A stretch of 63,953 bases of DNA, filler included, from Bipalium vagum (Eukaryota), in assembly GCA_037834085.1 (NCBI GenBank). It is 3 parts of 3 records of this genome, joined end to end, with 100 filler letters (N's around TTAATTAATTAA, not from the genome) between each part and the next. Parts side by side here need not be neighbours in the genome. Positions count along the whole stretch, not along the records: positions 20,136 to 46,906 come from JBBMKC010130755.1; positions 47,007 to 63,953 come from JBBMKC010084867.1; 1 more part is not named here. One strand, given 5' to 3'. Below the pieces are notes generated by a model, which was not told the origin of the DNA, did no database searches, and saw nothing but the letters and a program-made list of their open reading frames with translations. Each line of letters begins with the position of its first letter. Within the stretch, counting starts at the first letter, position 1. The position numbers and the translations under genes were made by a program. Shown one piece after another: positions 38,947-52,200 of the stretch.

Positions 38947-41900
38947 CTACAGTTTCACATGTTTTCCCCCACTGCTTTCGTCGCACAGTGCGACTTCGTG
39001 TTCCGATTTTCGCTTCGTAAATTTCATCGACATCAGCGTACTCGATGGAATACTGAACAAGAAAGAGTTTATTATTTTTATGATCACCCTATTTAAAAAA
39101 TCAATACAAATAACCTTGAGAAACTACAAATTATTATTTATTTATTAATATTAATGAAAACTCGTTTACAGTTCGTAATAAATTTTTTTGCCATTTTATA
39201 TGGTGAACTTTAAGGGTAGAAAAATACATATCTTCGTTTTGATATAATGAGTGCCTGTCACAAATTATTAATGAAAAATGTCAAATGTAAATTGGCAATT
39301 TAACAAGTTTTTTTTATTGTAATCATATTTTCTTACCTTCTTTATAATTGCATTTTTATGTTTAACTTAGTTTGAAAGTTAAAGTAAAAATCGATTATTT
39401 GCCATAAAGAATGTATCAAAACTTATTTAAGCTGAATATTAAAATAAAAATTAATGTTGTTGAGAAATATTTCTATAAGTCAGCAAAATAACAGAAAATA
39501 ATATTGATATCGATTTTTATTTAGTTGCAGATAATTTATGTTATTGTATTTATATTTTTTCTGAAATCAATTGTTAGGACATTGTTTTGCCAAAATCTAA
39601 CAACTTTCAAAAATAATCACAACAAAGACGACTATTATTACTTTTTTGACAAGACAATTTTTTTTCATTTTATTCGTACAAATCAATATCAAGAGAAACA
39701 ATAAAAAAGTTGTCAGAAAAATTCAATATCATTTCTCCAAATAAAATGTTTAAGCATTCATTTAAGAGCTTCGATAACTCCCACGACTCTATTGTGTAAC
39801 TTGAAAGGAGGAGATATTGGGAGATTCTATATAGAGAAATATCAATATTTATGACATCAAATTAATGGCAGGAAACAATGGAAATAAATATATTTACATA
39901 ATGGTAAAAAAACCAGAAAAATTCACATTTTTGTCCCTTGTCAATAGAGAAATTGACTTCACATTGTTGCATTATCTGATTTATAAATAAATAGAATTCA
40001 TAGCCCATTAGCTTAAAATTGTGAAACGTTTCACACGAAACGCTTTCCCTTTGCAACTATAAACATTAATAAATTTCAACAAATTTCTGTCTTGTAAATT
40101 TTAAGAGAAAAAATTATTTAACCTGAAAATCGATAATTATGATAAAATAACAAATTAAGACAATTAAAATAGTATATTTGTTGGAAAAAATGTGCAAAAT
40201 CGATGTTAATTATTAACTTTTTCCCCTGACGATTATTTTCTGCTTATCGTTTGTCATAATCCCAACAAAACATGGGGGAAAGAAAATCAATAGAATTTTT
40301 AATTTTGAAAATTTGCAATAGCCAACAGAACAATAATAATAGCGATAACCATGGTGAAAATTATCGTTACTACCTGATAATAATAAATATTTATTATACG
40401 ACAGTGAAAAACCAATAACAACAGTATTTTTTGTTATCGATTGATAAATACACATTAAAAATAGTAATCTATTGACGCATGAAATTAGAGTTAAAAATTT
40501 GATTTTCAAAGTACCGAAAAATACAAATCAATCTTATCAATATTGATTTGAAAAACTGAAAATGATTTGTTGGGAAAAAAAACAAATCATTGAAGCACAT
40601 TTAATTTTATTATTATATTCAAAGGCGGTAAAATTAAACAATTGATAGCACATGTCAATCAAGGTGCAGTCAACAGGAATAACAAGGGAAACGTTGAAAA
40701 AAGAAGAACAGCAAAACAACTGTATCTCATACGATATGGGAGACGAGGTGAAGAAAGAAAATCTTATCAGACACTCATGCACGTGACTTGATTTCATTGT
40801 CAATATTTGGCACTAGCAGTCACACAATTTGAATTTCTATGATGAGTCAAACGGTATTTTGCCAATCAAGGAAAACATTTCCCAACAAAGTTTTTCTGGA
40901 GAGGAATAGAGAAAAACGAGAAAGAAAGAAAATTTTTATTAATTAATCACGTTTTACTTCAGAAAAATTCTGAATCAAAGCCAATATATCAATCAATAGA
41001 GAAATATCTGGAAGAAATAATTCACAATCGAAATATATTTCAAAATGATAATGATTTTATCAATATTATTTATAATGGTCATGTTGAATTTTAATCAAAT
41101 AATTATGGACGAACCTGAGTTTAAAATAAAAATTCAAATATAGATAATTATACTTATTGGCACAGGCACATTGAAAAAAATATATACATATGCAACGACT
41201 ATTCCGTTGTCATGGCCAAGTTGACAGACAAAGCCATGATATATACACAAACTACCAAAGATCAATAGAGATAAATATTTCATAGTGAATTGATTAACAC
41301 AATGAAAAAATTCCGATTGTTGCTTAGCAATTCATGATAATTGTTAATTGAGAAATGTCAAATCGAAAAATCTCTAAATCGTTGAAAGGCAGAGAAAATA
41401 GAGATAAAAAATAACAGAAAACCTCAGTGCGCGCCATCCCCATTGATTAATAGTGTAATCAATTTTGTTTATGAACAGAGTGAGAGAGAGATAGAGAGAT
41501 GTCATCATATGATCATCATCTTCGCGTCGTCACGTCGCATTAATAAAGCGATTCGTAATCAATTGACTAATGAGTATGCGCATTGAAAATACCTGTACGC
41601 ATACACACACACTGACACGTAACATAGAGGATTCGTGTGTGCCCGTATGTGCGACTTTTATGCGGAATTGAATAATTTCGATGATTCTGAATCGATCGAG
41701 ATGATAACAGAGATGGTTAGAAATTATTGTACAAATGTTTATGTTTCTCTCTCTCGAATTGTGCAACAATAATAATAATAAATGTTTAATTGAATTTACA
41801 CAATTTTGTTTGCTTTACGTAACTGATTATCGATTTCTTAAGTCAATAAAATGGAAAACAGTTTAGTAAAATCCCATTTTGTCAAACGAAATAAAACCAG

Positions 41901-44900
41901 TGGAAAAAAGAAATAACACAATATTATCATTAAAACAAAATAGAAATATATATTCGAAAATAATTTTTTATAACCGAATCGATCACTATTGATTATTAAT
42001 TGATTATAATTACTAATTGATTATAATTATTGATTATTATTATTAATATTTTAAAAACAATTAAAATTTACAGTTTCAATAAAAAAAATAATATTGAAAA
42101 ATCAATCGATATAAAAAAATCTTCCTATTTAAATAAAATTATTGTGAAAAAGGGACGCAAAAACATGAATCACAAACAGCTTTTCAACGATGTCCTCATG
42201 ATCCACAAAGCCCGAATGAAGACAATTGGAGAAAAGGAGACGAGGTTTTCGAGAAATAAACTTACAAATGAAATTTTTTTCTTTGGACAAAGCTTGAGAT
42301 TTAATGACAAAGGATGGAAAGAGACAGAGAAAGAAAGGATGACGGGAAATTTGAGTAATTTCAGTGGCGCGCGTTAATGAGAAATTTACTGAGGCCTAGG
42401 AATTTGTTTCCCAAGCAATTCTCTAACCTCTGAAAGAGAAGCTACAGTTAAAACGGTGAGTGAAAGAGAGACGCGGACAGTCAATGTTTTGGTAATTCCA
42501 ATTTCTTTAATAATTGATAAGTCTCTTTGTTTTTCGCAGAAGCCATGAAATCAATAGTTTTACAAATACATACCATCGGAAAACTGGCTTCTTGTTGATA
42601 AAAATAGCACCGAAAAAATCGATATAACAAATTTGATAAGATTCTTCCAACGGTGACGAAAAAATATCGACTCAAATTCAACAAAAAATTCAAAAATGAG
42701 AATCGATTTACGTAAGGTAAAAGTAATGGAATGTTGTCAATCAATAATGAACAGAATTTGTTATCCGATAGAAAAACCATCGATCAGCGATCGCCACAAA
42801 ATTTTAACGGTTTTCTTATTGGAGGGACAGAGGAGGAAGACAGAAAAGACATCCTGGAAAGGAAAGTGCATCCTCAAATATTAACAATTTTCTAACAGAA
42901 AATCTTTTAGCTAGATTAGTCGATGAGGCCAGGAAATTTTATCAAAATGAAAGGCGATGAGATATTATTAATCGATAAATAAATTTATTTTAACACTATT
43001 CAACCGAGCATGGAATTAGGTTTGTTATGACAAACCAAATCGATAGAAAAGGTAGAAGAAAAATCGATTTTAAAAAATGTCAAGCTTGAACGGGTTTTGT
43101 TTGAGAGATGAATACATAAATATCAATAATCAACAATTAACCGGAACACAGCAATGATAGTAATAATGATAACAATAAAAATCAAAAATCATGATAGATC
43201 TTGAAATCTATGATGATGTTGTTCCATTGAAAGCGTTCTTACAAAGTTCAGCGGGGCTGAGAACAACAATGAAATATAATATTGTCATAGGACAGTGCAA
43301 CAATGATTTAACAGAGTCAATCAGAACAAAGCATGTCAATAAAAATATCAATAAGCGCAACAAAAATTAACATTAACGATAGCAAATATCAATATCTCAC
43401 TTGTTAAACACGGCAGACGTGTGAGGGGACGACGGTGGTACCTGAGTATTTGGTGGCACTACTACTTCCCCGGTAGCGTTAACGATAAGTGCCTTGACGA
43501 CCTCGTTCAGTTTATTGATCAACTGAATCTTGGATGAGGACATGTAACTCCTTTCCGGGAAATAGTACTCCTTTTCTTCCCGAGTACACGTGTGGTAACG
43601 ACTGAGCCAAGTTGGCAATATCTCAATCAACTTCAGAGCACCTTTAAGAATGAGCTTGACTGGAGGGATATTGTGCGCCAGATTCCTTTCCAGTTTGTGC
43701 AAAATGTACTCTGCTACAAACCAGTGCAACTTCTCGAAATATGGGAACAGAAATCGATCTTCCGTTTGGAGCAACCTTTCTATTTTGTAAATTCTGGAAA
43801 TAAAACAACATCCGTTTTTTGTTCCGTACCAAATTCAATGAATTGATCACAAATGACCTACTTGAGCTGCAATGGAATGCTGAGAGAATGTAAAAAGTTC
43901 CCACCGAAAACCAAACTGTCTTCCACCGTGTGTACGGCATGAATCCAACCGGCGGGCAATAGAATTGTGTCGCCAGCTTTGATTTCCAGTTTATAGACTT
44001 CCGCTATATCTGGAGATGACGATGACAGCTTTTTAATTTGGTCAGGAAAGAAAATCATTCGGTTGTTATATTCGCACATCCAATTTGTGTACGCTTTTAT
44101 GTACCGTTTCCTTGGTGGGATCAGATAAAATACCTTGTGACCCTAAATTTAAAATCCATTGATATTTATTGTGTTTAGATAACCAGTATTTTTATAAATC
44201 AATTGTTGAAAAAATTCATCAAATAATCCATTAACCCAACAAAATTCACATAAACAATAAAAACACACCGAAAACACATGATACCAAACAGAAGAACCAC
44301 CGAAATCGATATGAAAATCAGTCCAGCTGTCTTTCATGCTCATGAGACAATATTTTTGAACAGAAGGCTTATTATGCATTTTGTGGATGTCATCACAAGG
44401 CCATAACTTTTCAACAATACTCATTTCTTTTATAACGTATGGTGGTTCTACCAGATGTGCTATTCTAAAATTTTAAAAAAGTAATTTAAACTTTATTTTC
44501 CTAGGAAAAAAATCCTTGCTTTGCGTGGGATATTTCCAAACTCAAAACATTTAGAATTCTCGTTCGTGGTATTCCCCGAAAGTAATTCAAAAAGTCTTCG
44601 AATCTCATTTTAAATTGATCTTGTTTCGCAACATCAATAACATCTAACATGTAATCCTTTCCTAAACTTCTTCCAACATCTTCAATTGTAAACGATGCTT
44701 CAGGTACAATTATTCGTAAACCTTTCTTTTTGTGAATAATTATGGGTTTAGTGAAGCCATTTTTGATAAAATAATCCTCAGTAACTTCTGTACCACGCAT
44801 TTCTTTTATTTGATCACCAATTCTAAAATCCTTGTGATTAAATAGAAAGTACAACATCGAATTAGCTTACGATAAGCAAGGTTTCGATAATAAAAAATCT

Positions 44901-44929
44901 AAAAATTCCTTTGTTCCTGATAATGGCAT
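38947..44929 (-). CDS. KDM7/PHF8-family JmjC histone demethylase. Exons 44929-44871, 44822-44520, 44464-44269, 44142-43862, 43793-43401, probable last exon 39052-38947
   Basis: [77 protein letters not shown]. Fe(II) ligands HxD...H are intact and splice phases are consistent. Confidence 0.92.
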
Positions 44930-45777
44930 TTTATCAGTTTTTAATTGATTGCAAATTAGAATAAAATAATAATTTTCTAAAATAATTCCAAAATATAGCT
45001 AATGTTCTATTTGACTAAAATAAAAAAACAATTCAAAATTTAAATAATAATTACAAATTAATAAGTTTAAAAATTATTTTTTTATGTATATTAATAAAAC
45101 AAACATGTATCAATATTTATACATTTGTAATATGTATATTAAAAAAACTATTGTTTTATTATCAAATTCAGATTTGTCACATTCTAATAATTTAAAAAAT
45201 GAAAAATTAAATGCATCCTATCTATTTTCAGTGATTTTTGTGATTTTATAGATTCTAAAAGCTTTTTTTAAAATTATCATTATTGAGTTATTATGGTTAT
45301 ATTTTGGTTATTGACTAAAAAGACAGTGACACGTTACAGTAATACTCAACCTTCAATTAAAATATGTTATTAGGCTCGGATCTCTGCTAGGTTTTAAGGA
45401 TTGACTGGTGCTCTTCTAAACCCGGGCAACTGAAACTGAAATTGGCTTAATAATTTTGAAATTTTTCTTACATTTTCAATTTAAAGTAATCGAAGTAATA
45501 TTTTTCTTCTTTATTGCTTTATTTTATTTAGATTCGATTATTAAGTAAGATTATAGAATGACCTTTATACATTTGCGTGAAATTGTGATATCAGGTTAGG
45601 GAATATTTCGTGAGCGTTTTTAAAATAACTTTATTTGAATACAAAAAAGGAATAGTATTTATTATTGACGAAATTACAATAAATTAGTCAACAATACGAG
45701 AACTTGTCAAGAATTTTCGCGAAGAAGCTGATTTAAATTTAAAACATTTAACTGTTCAAAAGAATTTATCAAAAAAT

Positions 45778-46354
45778 TGTTACGATATTAACTCACTATG
45801 AACCCTGTCGTAACACTAGCTCGCAAAATTACTGACCCCTTCACTTAGCCTATACGTGTACGGAAATAAATGAATCAAACAATTATGAACAACACTTTAT
45901 TGTAAAATAACAATACAAACGAAACGTTTCAAATAATCAGTCAATGTCTGGAATCAAGTGTTTTTACACAAAAGAAAAATCAAATGATAATAATTAATTA
46001 AATAATTAAATGTCAATATCAATTAAGTATCTGTACGTAAAAATTAATTTAAAAAAAAGAATAAAAATGTAGATACTCTCACCACTTGTGACTACAGGTC
46101 CAAAGGGTGGTTAGCTGAGCTCAATCCGGTCCGCTCAGAAACCCCCTAACCGCACAGGACCCATCGTGTGCTCTTGTCGCATAGAGGGCATAGATATGAA
46201 TTTACAATTTGGAATCCTTTAAATCTTCGGACAATAGCAACAAATTTTGGGTCTTCCGACCAAATAAAATCAAATGTTCTCGATCTCTCTTCTGAAAACG
46301 AAAAATAATAATTCTCGATCTATCTTCTGACAACCAAAAAAGTATTATGTAACA
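45778..46354 (-). mobile_element. Solo LTR-like element, family 3
   Basis: TGTTAC...GTAACA termini, an internal GC-rich stem-loop block followed by GGTGAGAGTAT as in family 1, and a direct repeat at 46278-46340. No TSD seen. Confidence 0.55.
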
Positions 46355-46906
46355 CCAGAGTTTCATATTTCTATTTCAGTGATAGTTAACATGATTGTGC
46401 TCTTTTCAATTTTATTTTAATCAACACTTTTTGTGCTAATTTGTGCACCTCATTTTTCACCTACCACCCACAACCAAACACTTTGAAGATATAAAAAATC
46501 TGATTTCACAGATCGATTCAGCATAGTCGAAAAAATCTACAATCAAACCTTGAAAATTTCAACAAAACCTTCATCAGAGACGTTTAAGGGTTTAAAAAGG
46601 CTTTATACAATGAGAAATTTTATTCAACATTCAATTTGCAATATCTTTTGAACCAATTTTTCAAATTTAATGGTTTATACATTAAATTAAAGCTTTTATC
46701 TTCCACTATTTGTTAAGCATATATAGTGCTTTCTTATAAAGGTCTAAGACCCTTCAAGATATTCAACCCTTTATAACTTTTGTGGGGACTCCCAGGCACA
46801 AGCAAAAGATCATCGACTTCTAAGCAAAGGGTCAGCAGAGAAGAAGGACAATGATAACAATATTAATGATCCAAATTGTGTGCATGCGAATTACATTTTT
46901 ATTTAT

Positions 46907-47006
46907 NNNNNNNNNNNNNNNNNNNNNNNNNNNNNNNNNNNNNNNNNNNNTTAATTAATTAANNNNNNNNNNNNNNNNNNNNNNNNNNNNNNNNNNNNNN
47001 NNNNNN
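46907..47006. other. Artificial contig-joining spacer
   Basis: N44-TTAATTAATTAA-N44. Confidence 0.97.
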
Positions 47007-47046
<40 letters not shown>

Positions 47047-47405
47047 CATTATTATTATTATTATCATTATTATTATCATTATTGTCATTATTACAACGTC
47101 ACAAATCAAAATAGGACTAGGAGCAAGAGAAGGGAGGGCGTTAGAGAGAGGACAGAACGAGAAAGAACGAGAAAAAAGAGAGTGAGAAAGAGAACAAGAG
47201 GATAAATCGAAAAACTTTTATCAATACACAACAAAAACACAATCGATGTTTATTAATTTCATAAATGTAAAATATTTACAACAATCAATAATCAATAGCA
47301 CACCGCACAAGCGCGCGTCCCCTCAAAATAACAAAAGAACAATATATATGTCAATAATAACAAAATAAAATGCAATTTCGATCGGGGCTTCCACAACAAT
47401 AATCT

Positions 47406-48765
47406 CTAATCGTCTCGTGTGTCCACACTGCTCGAATCGTCGTCGGCGCCCGTGGAACACGATTGGGACCAGGCCGAATCGTTGACTTGTGATGAGGAAA
47501 TGTTGTTGTTGTTGTTATTGTTGTTGCTGTTCATGTTATTGATGTTCCCGTTGCCGTTACCGTTGCCGTTTCCGTTACCGTTGCCCGAGTTCTCAACGGT
47601 TCCCCCGGACCCAGCCCCGCCTCCGGAATTATCTGAGCTCGGTCGTAACTCCTTTGTCAACGATCCGCCAGGAACGTCCGATAGTCCGATCCACATCGTC
47701 GTTCCGGCCGGTAGCATTCGACGGCTCTGTCTGGTCTGGCATTGGCGTTTTTCGTGGGACAGCAAGCTGTGCTTCTGGCGAAACCCCTTGCCGCACTTTT
47801 CGCACTGGTGGGGTTTCTCGTCCGTGTGGCTGCGCAGATGCTGCACCACATGACACTGCTGCCGGAACAGCTTGCCGCAGATCTTGCAACCGAACGGACG
47901 CTCGCCGCTGTGGACGCGTTCGTGGGTCTGGAGTTGGGCCTTGAGCTTGAATGCCCGTCCGCACAGGTGGCATTCGTACGGTCGCTCACCCGTGTGCAAC
48001 TTCAAATGGGCCTCTAGCCCGTTGCGCTGAGCAAAGGCTCGGTCACACTGGTTGCATTTGAAGGGGCGTCTGCTGGCATCGACATGCATGTCGAAATTGT
48101 TGGTGAGTTTGGAATTGTCGTTGTCGGATTTGATTGTCGGAACCATGAAGCTGGATGAGAAGTGACTGATTTCTGGCAATTGCGTCTCCAGTCTAAAAAC
48201 AGGGAAACGATCAATAATATGTCCGCGTCGTTGGTCCGCATCGCGTGCGTTACTTGATGTCTCCGTTGAGAAAGCTGAAATTGGAAATGCGATCGTTTTG
48301 ATTGATTGGCAACGATGAAAAAGAGAACGGTTTCCAGTTCAAATCGCTGGAACCCGTGTCGAATGAGGTAAGAAACATGTTGGAGTTGTTTGCGTCGATG
48401 GTGTTGTTGTTGTTGATGTTGTTCAGATTTGTGGAACCGGAGAGAAATGTATTGTTTGATGAATATGTCTCGTCGTTGTGACCGTTGGTGACCACTGAAC
48501 CGTGTTTACCGTCGAAAATCTGAGCTATGGTATTCAATTTACCGACAGATGATTTCAAAAAATCATTGAAATATTTCAATTGCTCTTGGCGCGTCTTCAG
48601 CTCGAACATTTGCATGGAAACCGTACTGATGAGCTTTTCCATGGCCGTTTTCTGATCGTGCACTGAAAAGAATTCGTCGGCCTTAAGACATTTCAAATCA
48701 TCGGGCTCGGAAACGTTGGGAAATTTATCGTTCCACGATTTTAAAAAGTTATTATAAAAATTCAT
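47406..48765 (-). CDS. C2H2 zinc-finger transcription factor (4 fingers). Exons 48765-48254 and 48192-47406
   Basis: Tandem CxxC..H..H fingers with TGERPY/SGERPF/TDEKPH linkers; 61-nt GT-AG intron in frame; N-terminal coiled coil; C-terminal NG repeat and poly-N. Confidence 0.93.
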
Positions 48766-49249
48766 TTAAATTACAAATACTGAAACAGAATTCCTAAAGT
48801 AACCTTGAACGTTTGATTTCGTACCGATTATTTAGTAGAATTAGTTCATTTAAACGACAAATAATTGTTAATACATAATTTCTTCGTTTCACTTATAAAG
48901 GAAACTCTGTTCACAAATTTAAGGACTTTATTCAATATTTTTGAGTTTGGCTTTAATTTTTATGATAATTGTTATGTAATTGGGAATTTTTTACATGTTT
49001 ATCATTCTATATCATTCATCATGAGATTAAAGTGATTTGTAATGTGTTTTGGGAACTATTTTTCTAAACAAAGACCTTGGAAGTAAGTAAACATATCTTT
49101 TTATATAAATTCTTTTCTTTATCATATTTTAATATATACTGCTTAGGTTTTATCCTTAGTTTATCACAGATTTTCTATGAAGGCACTATAAATATACGAA
49201 GACACTCGTATATATTTAACATTCGATGTATTTACTGTAGAGGAAGGTT

Positions 49250-51450
49250 AAAATGAATTTAATAAGCTTACTATGATAAATGTTTGGTTGTTTAAGTGTT
49301 CTTGAGGCTCCAGTTTTGTATAACCATTGCTTTTTCGTCTGCTACTCTCATAAAGGATGCAATTTTGATAGAAAGCAATGATGTATCAAAAAAATAGAAT
49401 ATTGTGTTGAATCTTCAGTCAATTCTAGTTGTCTATCTTTATGGATTTATAGTCAATTCATATCGAACCAGTGTTCAGTAACTTTACCCTTTCCAATATT
49501 TTTGATATACAGTGCGGTGCACATTAATTGGAACAGACAATATTCCGCGTATATAATGAAGAAACTTAAATCTAAGCGTATCAAATTTACTTGAACTTAA
49601 TTTTATCTTTAAAAAGTTTTATCAATTATTTTTTATGTTACTACGAAAGCTTTTGGAAAAACTTATTTTGTTACTAATAAAATTATTATTGTTACTGTTG
49701 TGGATATTACGCCAAAAAAGAGTGCTAAATTTTAGCTTTTAATGTCAACACAGACATTAATATCAGAGAGACTGTTAATTCAGTTTGTCGCCAAATCCAC
49801 AGTTTCTTGCTTGCTTGGTGTATATAAAGCTGAAGGTTCTGTCCCACCTAGGCGAAAAGGTTGATGTGGCCGAAAAGGAATTACTACTGTTAGGATTGAT
49901 CAATTTCATCTCAGACAAAGTAAAAAAGATCCTCAGAAGAGTAGTTCATATCACCAGATGTATATTTCTTATGCTGGTGTGGTGATTAATTCTTTAAATG
50001 TGTGACGAAGGTTATTGGAAGTTAGCAAGAAACACAATACCTATAAAGAAATAATTATTAACGATTACCATGAAGAAAAGACAACTATGGGCCAAAGAAC
50101 ACAAAATATGGTGCTAAGAGTTGGAAATAAGCTTTTTTTCAGACGACACTTTAAGTACAAGGCTGTCAAGCTTTATGCGACGAAAATTAATAAGCCATTA
50201 TTTTATGTAAAATTTTGACTGTCTGACAGCACTGTATATCTGTCGAGATCACCCAAGAAAAAGTAATATAAGCAATACAGAGAGAACTTAGTATCGTCGA
50301 ATTCAAATATTCAATACTAAAAACAGATTTTGAGGATCATATTTCAAGATAATCTTACATCCTGATTTACCACCAATCCCAAGCTAAACTCATTAATCAA
50401 AGCTTCAATATTCTAATATCAACATCCAGAACATCTGTATCAATTGCAACAAAATACAGACAGCAAGGAATACATTTTGAACAGAGTTTATGTATTTACA
50501 TTACTACATTATCTTTATTATAATAGTAAGGGCATAACCAAAATTTATCAAAAATTGATAAACCAGTGACTTCAACCTGGTTGATCTATGGGAATATCGA
50601 ATTTATTTGTCTATCCTTCAGAGTAGATGTATTAAAATCAATCAAAGTATTTTCCATCCTTAAAAATGGCTTACTCTCAGAAATCTGGTAACATAGGTAT
50701 TCCGCGAAGATAAAATGATTTTTCTTTAAAATGAATTCAATTGAGCACCCAGTTTTAAAAACATCATACAAATTGAATTGCATATCTTCCAGAGAATGTT
50801 CCATTAACCTGAATAAATGAAAATCTGTTTAACCTAAATCTGAAAAGTACATTGGATGCAGAAGAATCTCCCATAGTAGGTTTAACAGTGTTTTCTGGAC
50901 GATTGAAGAAGAATGTGGTCTCATATTGTCAGGTAAAAAATGTTTTTGAATTGATTGTTGGTTATAGTAGGTCTCGTTTTAATTAATTCCCAGCTTAGCG
51001 GTGGATATGATGCCTGTAAGACCATGATTTCTTTCTTTTAGGATTATAGAAAAAAATCATTTTCATCGCCCGTAACATTTCGCTCCTAAAAACTCTCTTC
51101 TCTACCTGGTGCGTAAAGATGTGGCTATACTTGAAAGATTACAGGTAGCACATTTATTATGGATCCATTTTTCATTCTTTTGAATTTTTACTAGCACATA
51201 TGGAAACTGCTGAGCTGTGTATTAAGAGTCATAACCAACTGTTTCTGTGATTGAGTGGGGTTGTAATTCAACAAATCTTACAATACACTATCTTAAAATA
51301 TTTTGGCTCACCTTATTTTTCATTGTTATTCAAATCGAAGTCGCTTGATTTAAATCTGTTAAATCAGAATTTGCATTTTTCAGAATCAGCTTTCTTAATA
51401 CATTTGATACGCTTCCGCATTTTGAATAAAAACATTAGTACATGTTCGAA
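49250..51450 (-). mobile_element. Highly decayed Penelope-like retroelement, split by a Tc1 insertion
   Basis: Relics IKKAD, LNYNPT, PHLYA, IEFILKKNHFIF..YQIS (PLE RT) and VTEHW...QWLYK (GIY-YIG tail); many stops and frameshifts. Confidence 0.55.
49510..50220 (+). mobile_element. Tc1 5' fragment with left TIR
   Basis: TA-CAGTGCGGTGCACATTAATTGGAACA; GRKRNY linker; QWAKEHKIW. Confidence 0.75.
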
Positions 51451-51949
51451 ATATAATTTAACCTATTCATTTATTGCGGCAAGTAGTAATCCTAAACCTA
51501 TATAAACTTACATTAGATATTCCAATATTTGAAATAAATTGTTATTTTGACTTTATTACAAATATAACTAACGTTTTTGCTTATTTTAATCTTATTCTTC
51601 TGGTACCATTAAACGCACACATCCATCATAAAGAGTTCATATTACAATATCATTATCGAGTCGAACCAGGCTATTTAAATTATGTATTTTATTAAATTTA
51701 ACTTTATGTATCACAACCCTATCGGTTGTTGATCAAGTTCTTTTAATTTCTATATTCTCGAACCCTAAAAAATAAATAAATTCAGATTTTTGTATTTTTT
51801 CCTGTTTTAAATTATTTTCTGATGTCTCTTTCGATCAACATGGTTTCATATACAAATTAATTAATTAAGATAAAATTGAAACAATAGTTTTTATTTTAAC
51901 TGAAGTACTGTAAGCCTAGCCTATACGATATTCTTTTACGTTATTACAC

Positions 51950-52200
51950 AGATGGGCCGAGCCATTTTATGCAATGGCATTTACTCATTTTTGATGATGC
52001 ATTTGTATTCACGAAATAATAAACATCTAAAAGAGATTTCAAGAGAATTCAAGTCTAGAATTGAAGAGACCCATTGTTCAGGACTAATGAACTCAATGTT
52101 TTGTATAAGAAATTATTCTTCAGTAGTCGTAACAGGTGAAGACTCCTGATGAAACACTTAAAGCTTATTTTTGAAAATTGTTGAATTTGGAAATATAACT
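51950..52200 (-). mobile_element. Tc1/maT catalytic fragment
   Basis: VFHQESSP and FISPEQWVSSILDLNSLE correspond to FQQDGAP and WPxxSPDLNPLD. Confidence 0.6.

Noticed and set aside
47419-48241. Several overlapping ORFs on both strands
   Set aside because: By-products of high GC and repeat codons in the real zinc-finger exon.
52140-52180. CTGATGA...GAAA hammerhead-like core near the Penelope relic
   Set aside because: No flanking stems; the antisense strand is the decayed FQQD motif of a Tc1/maT transposase.
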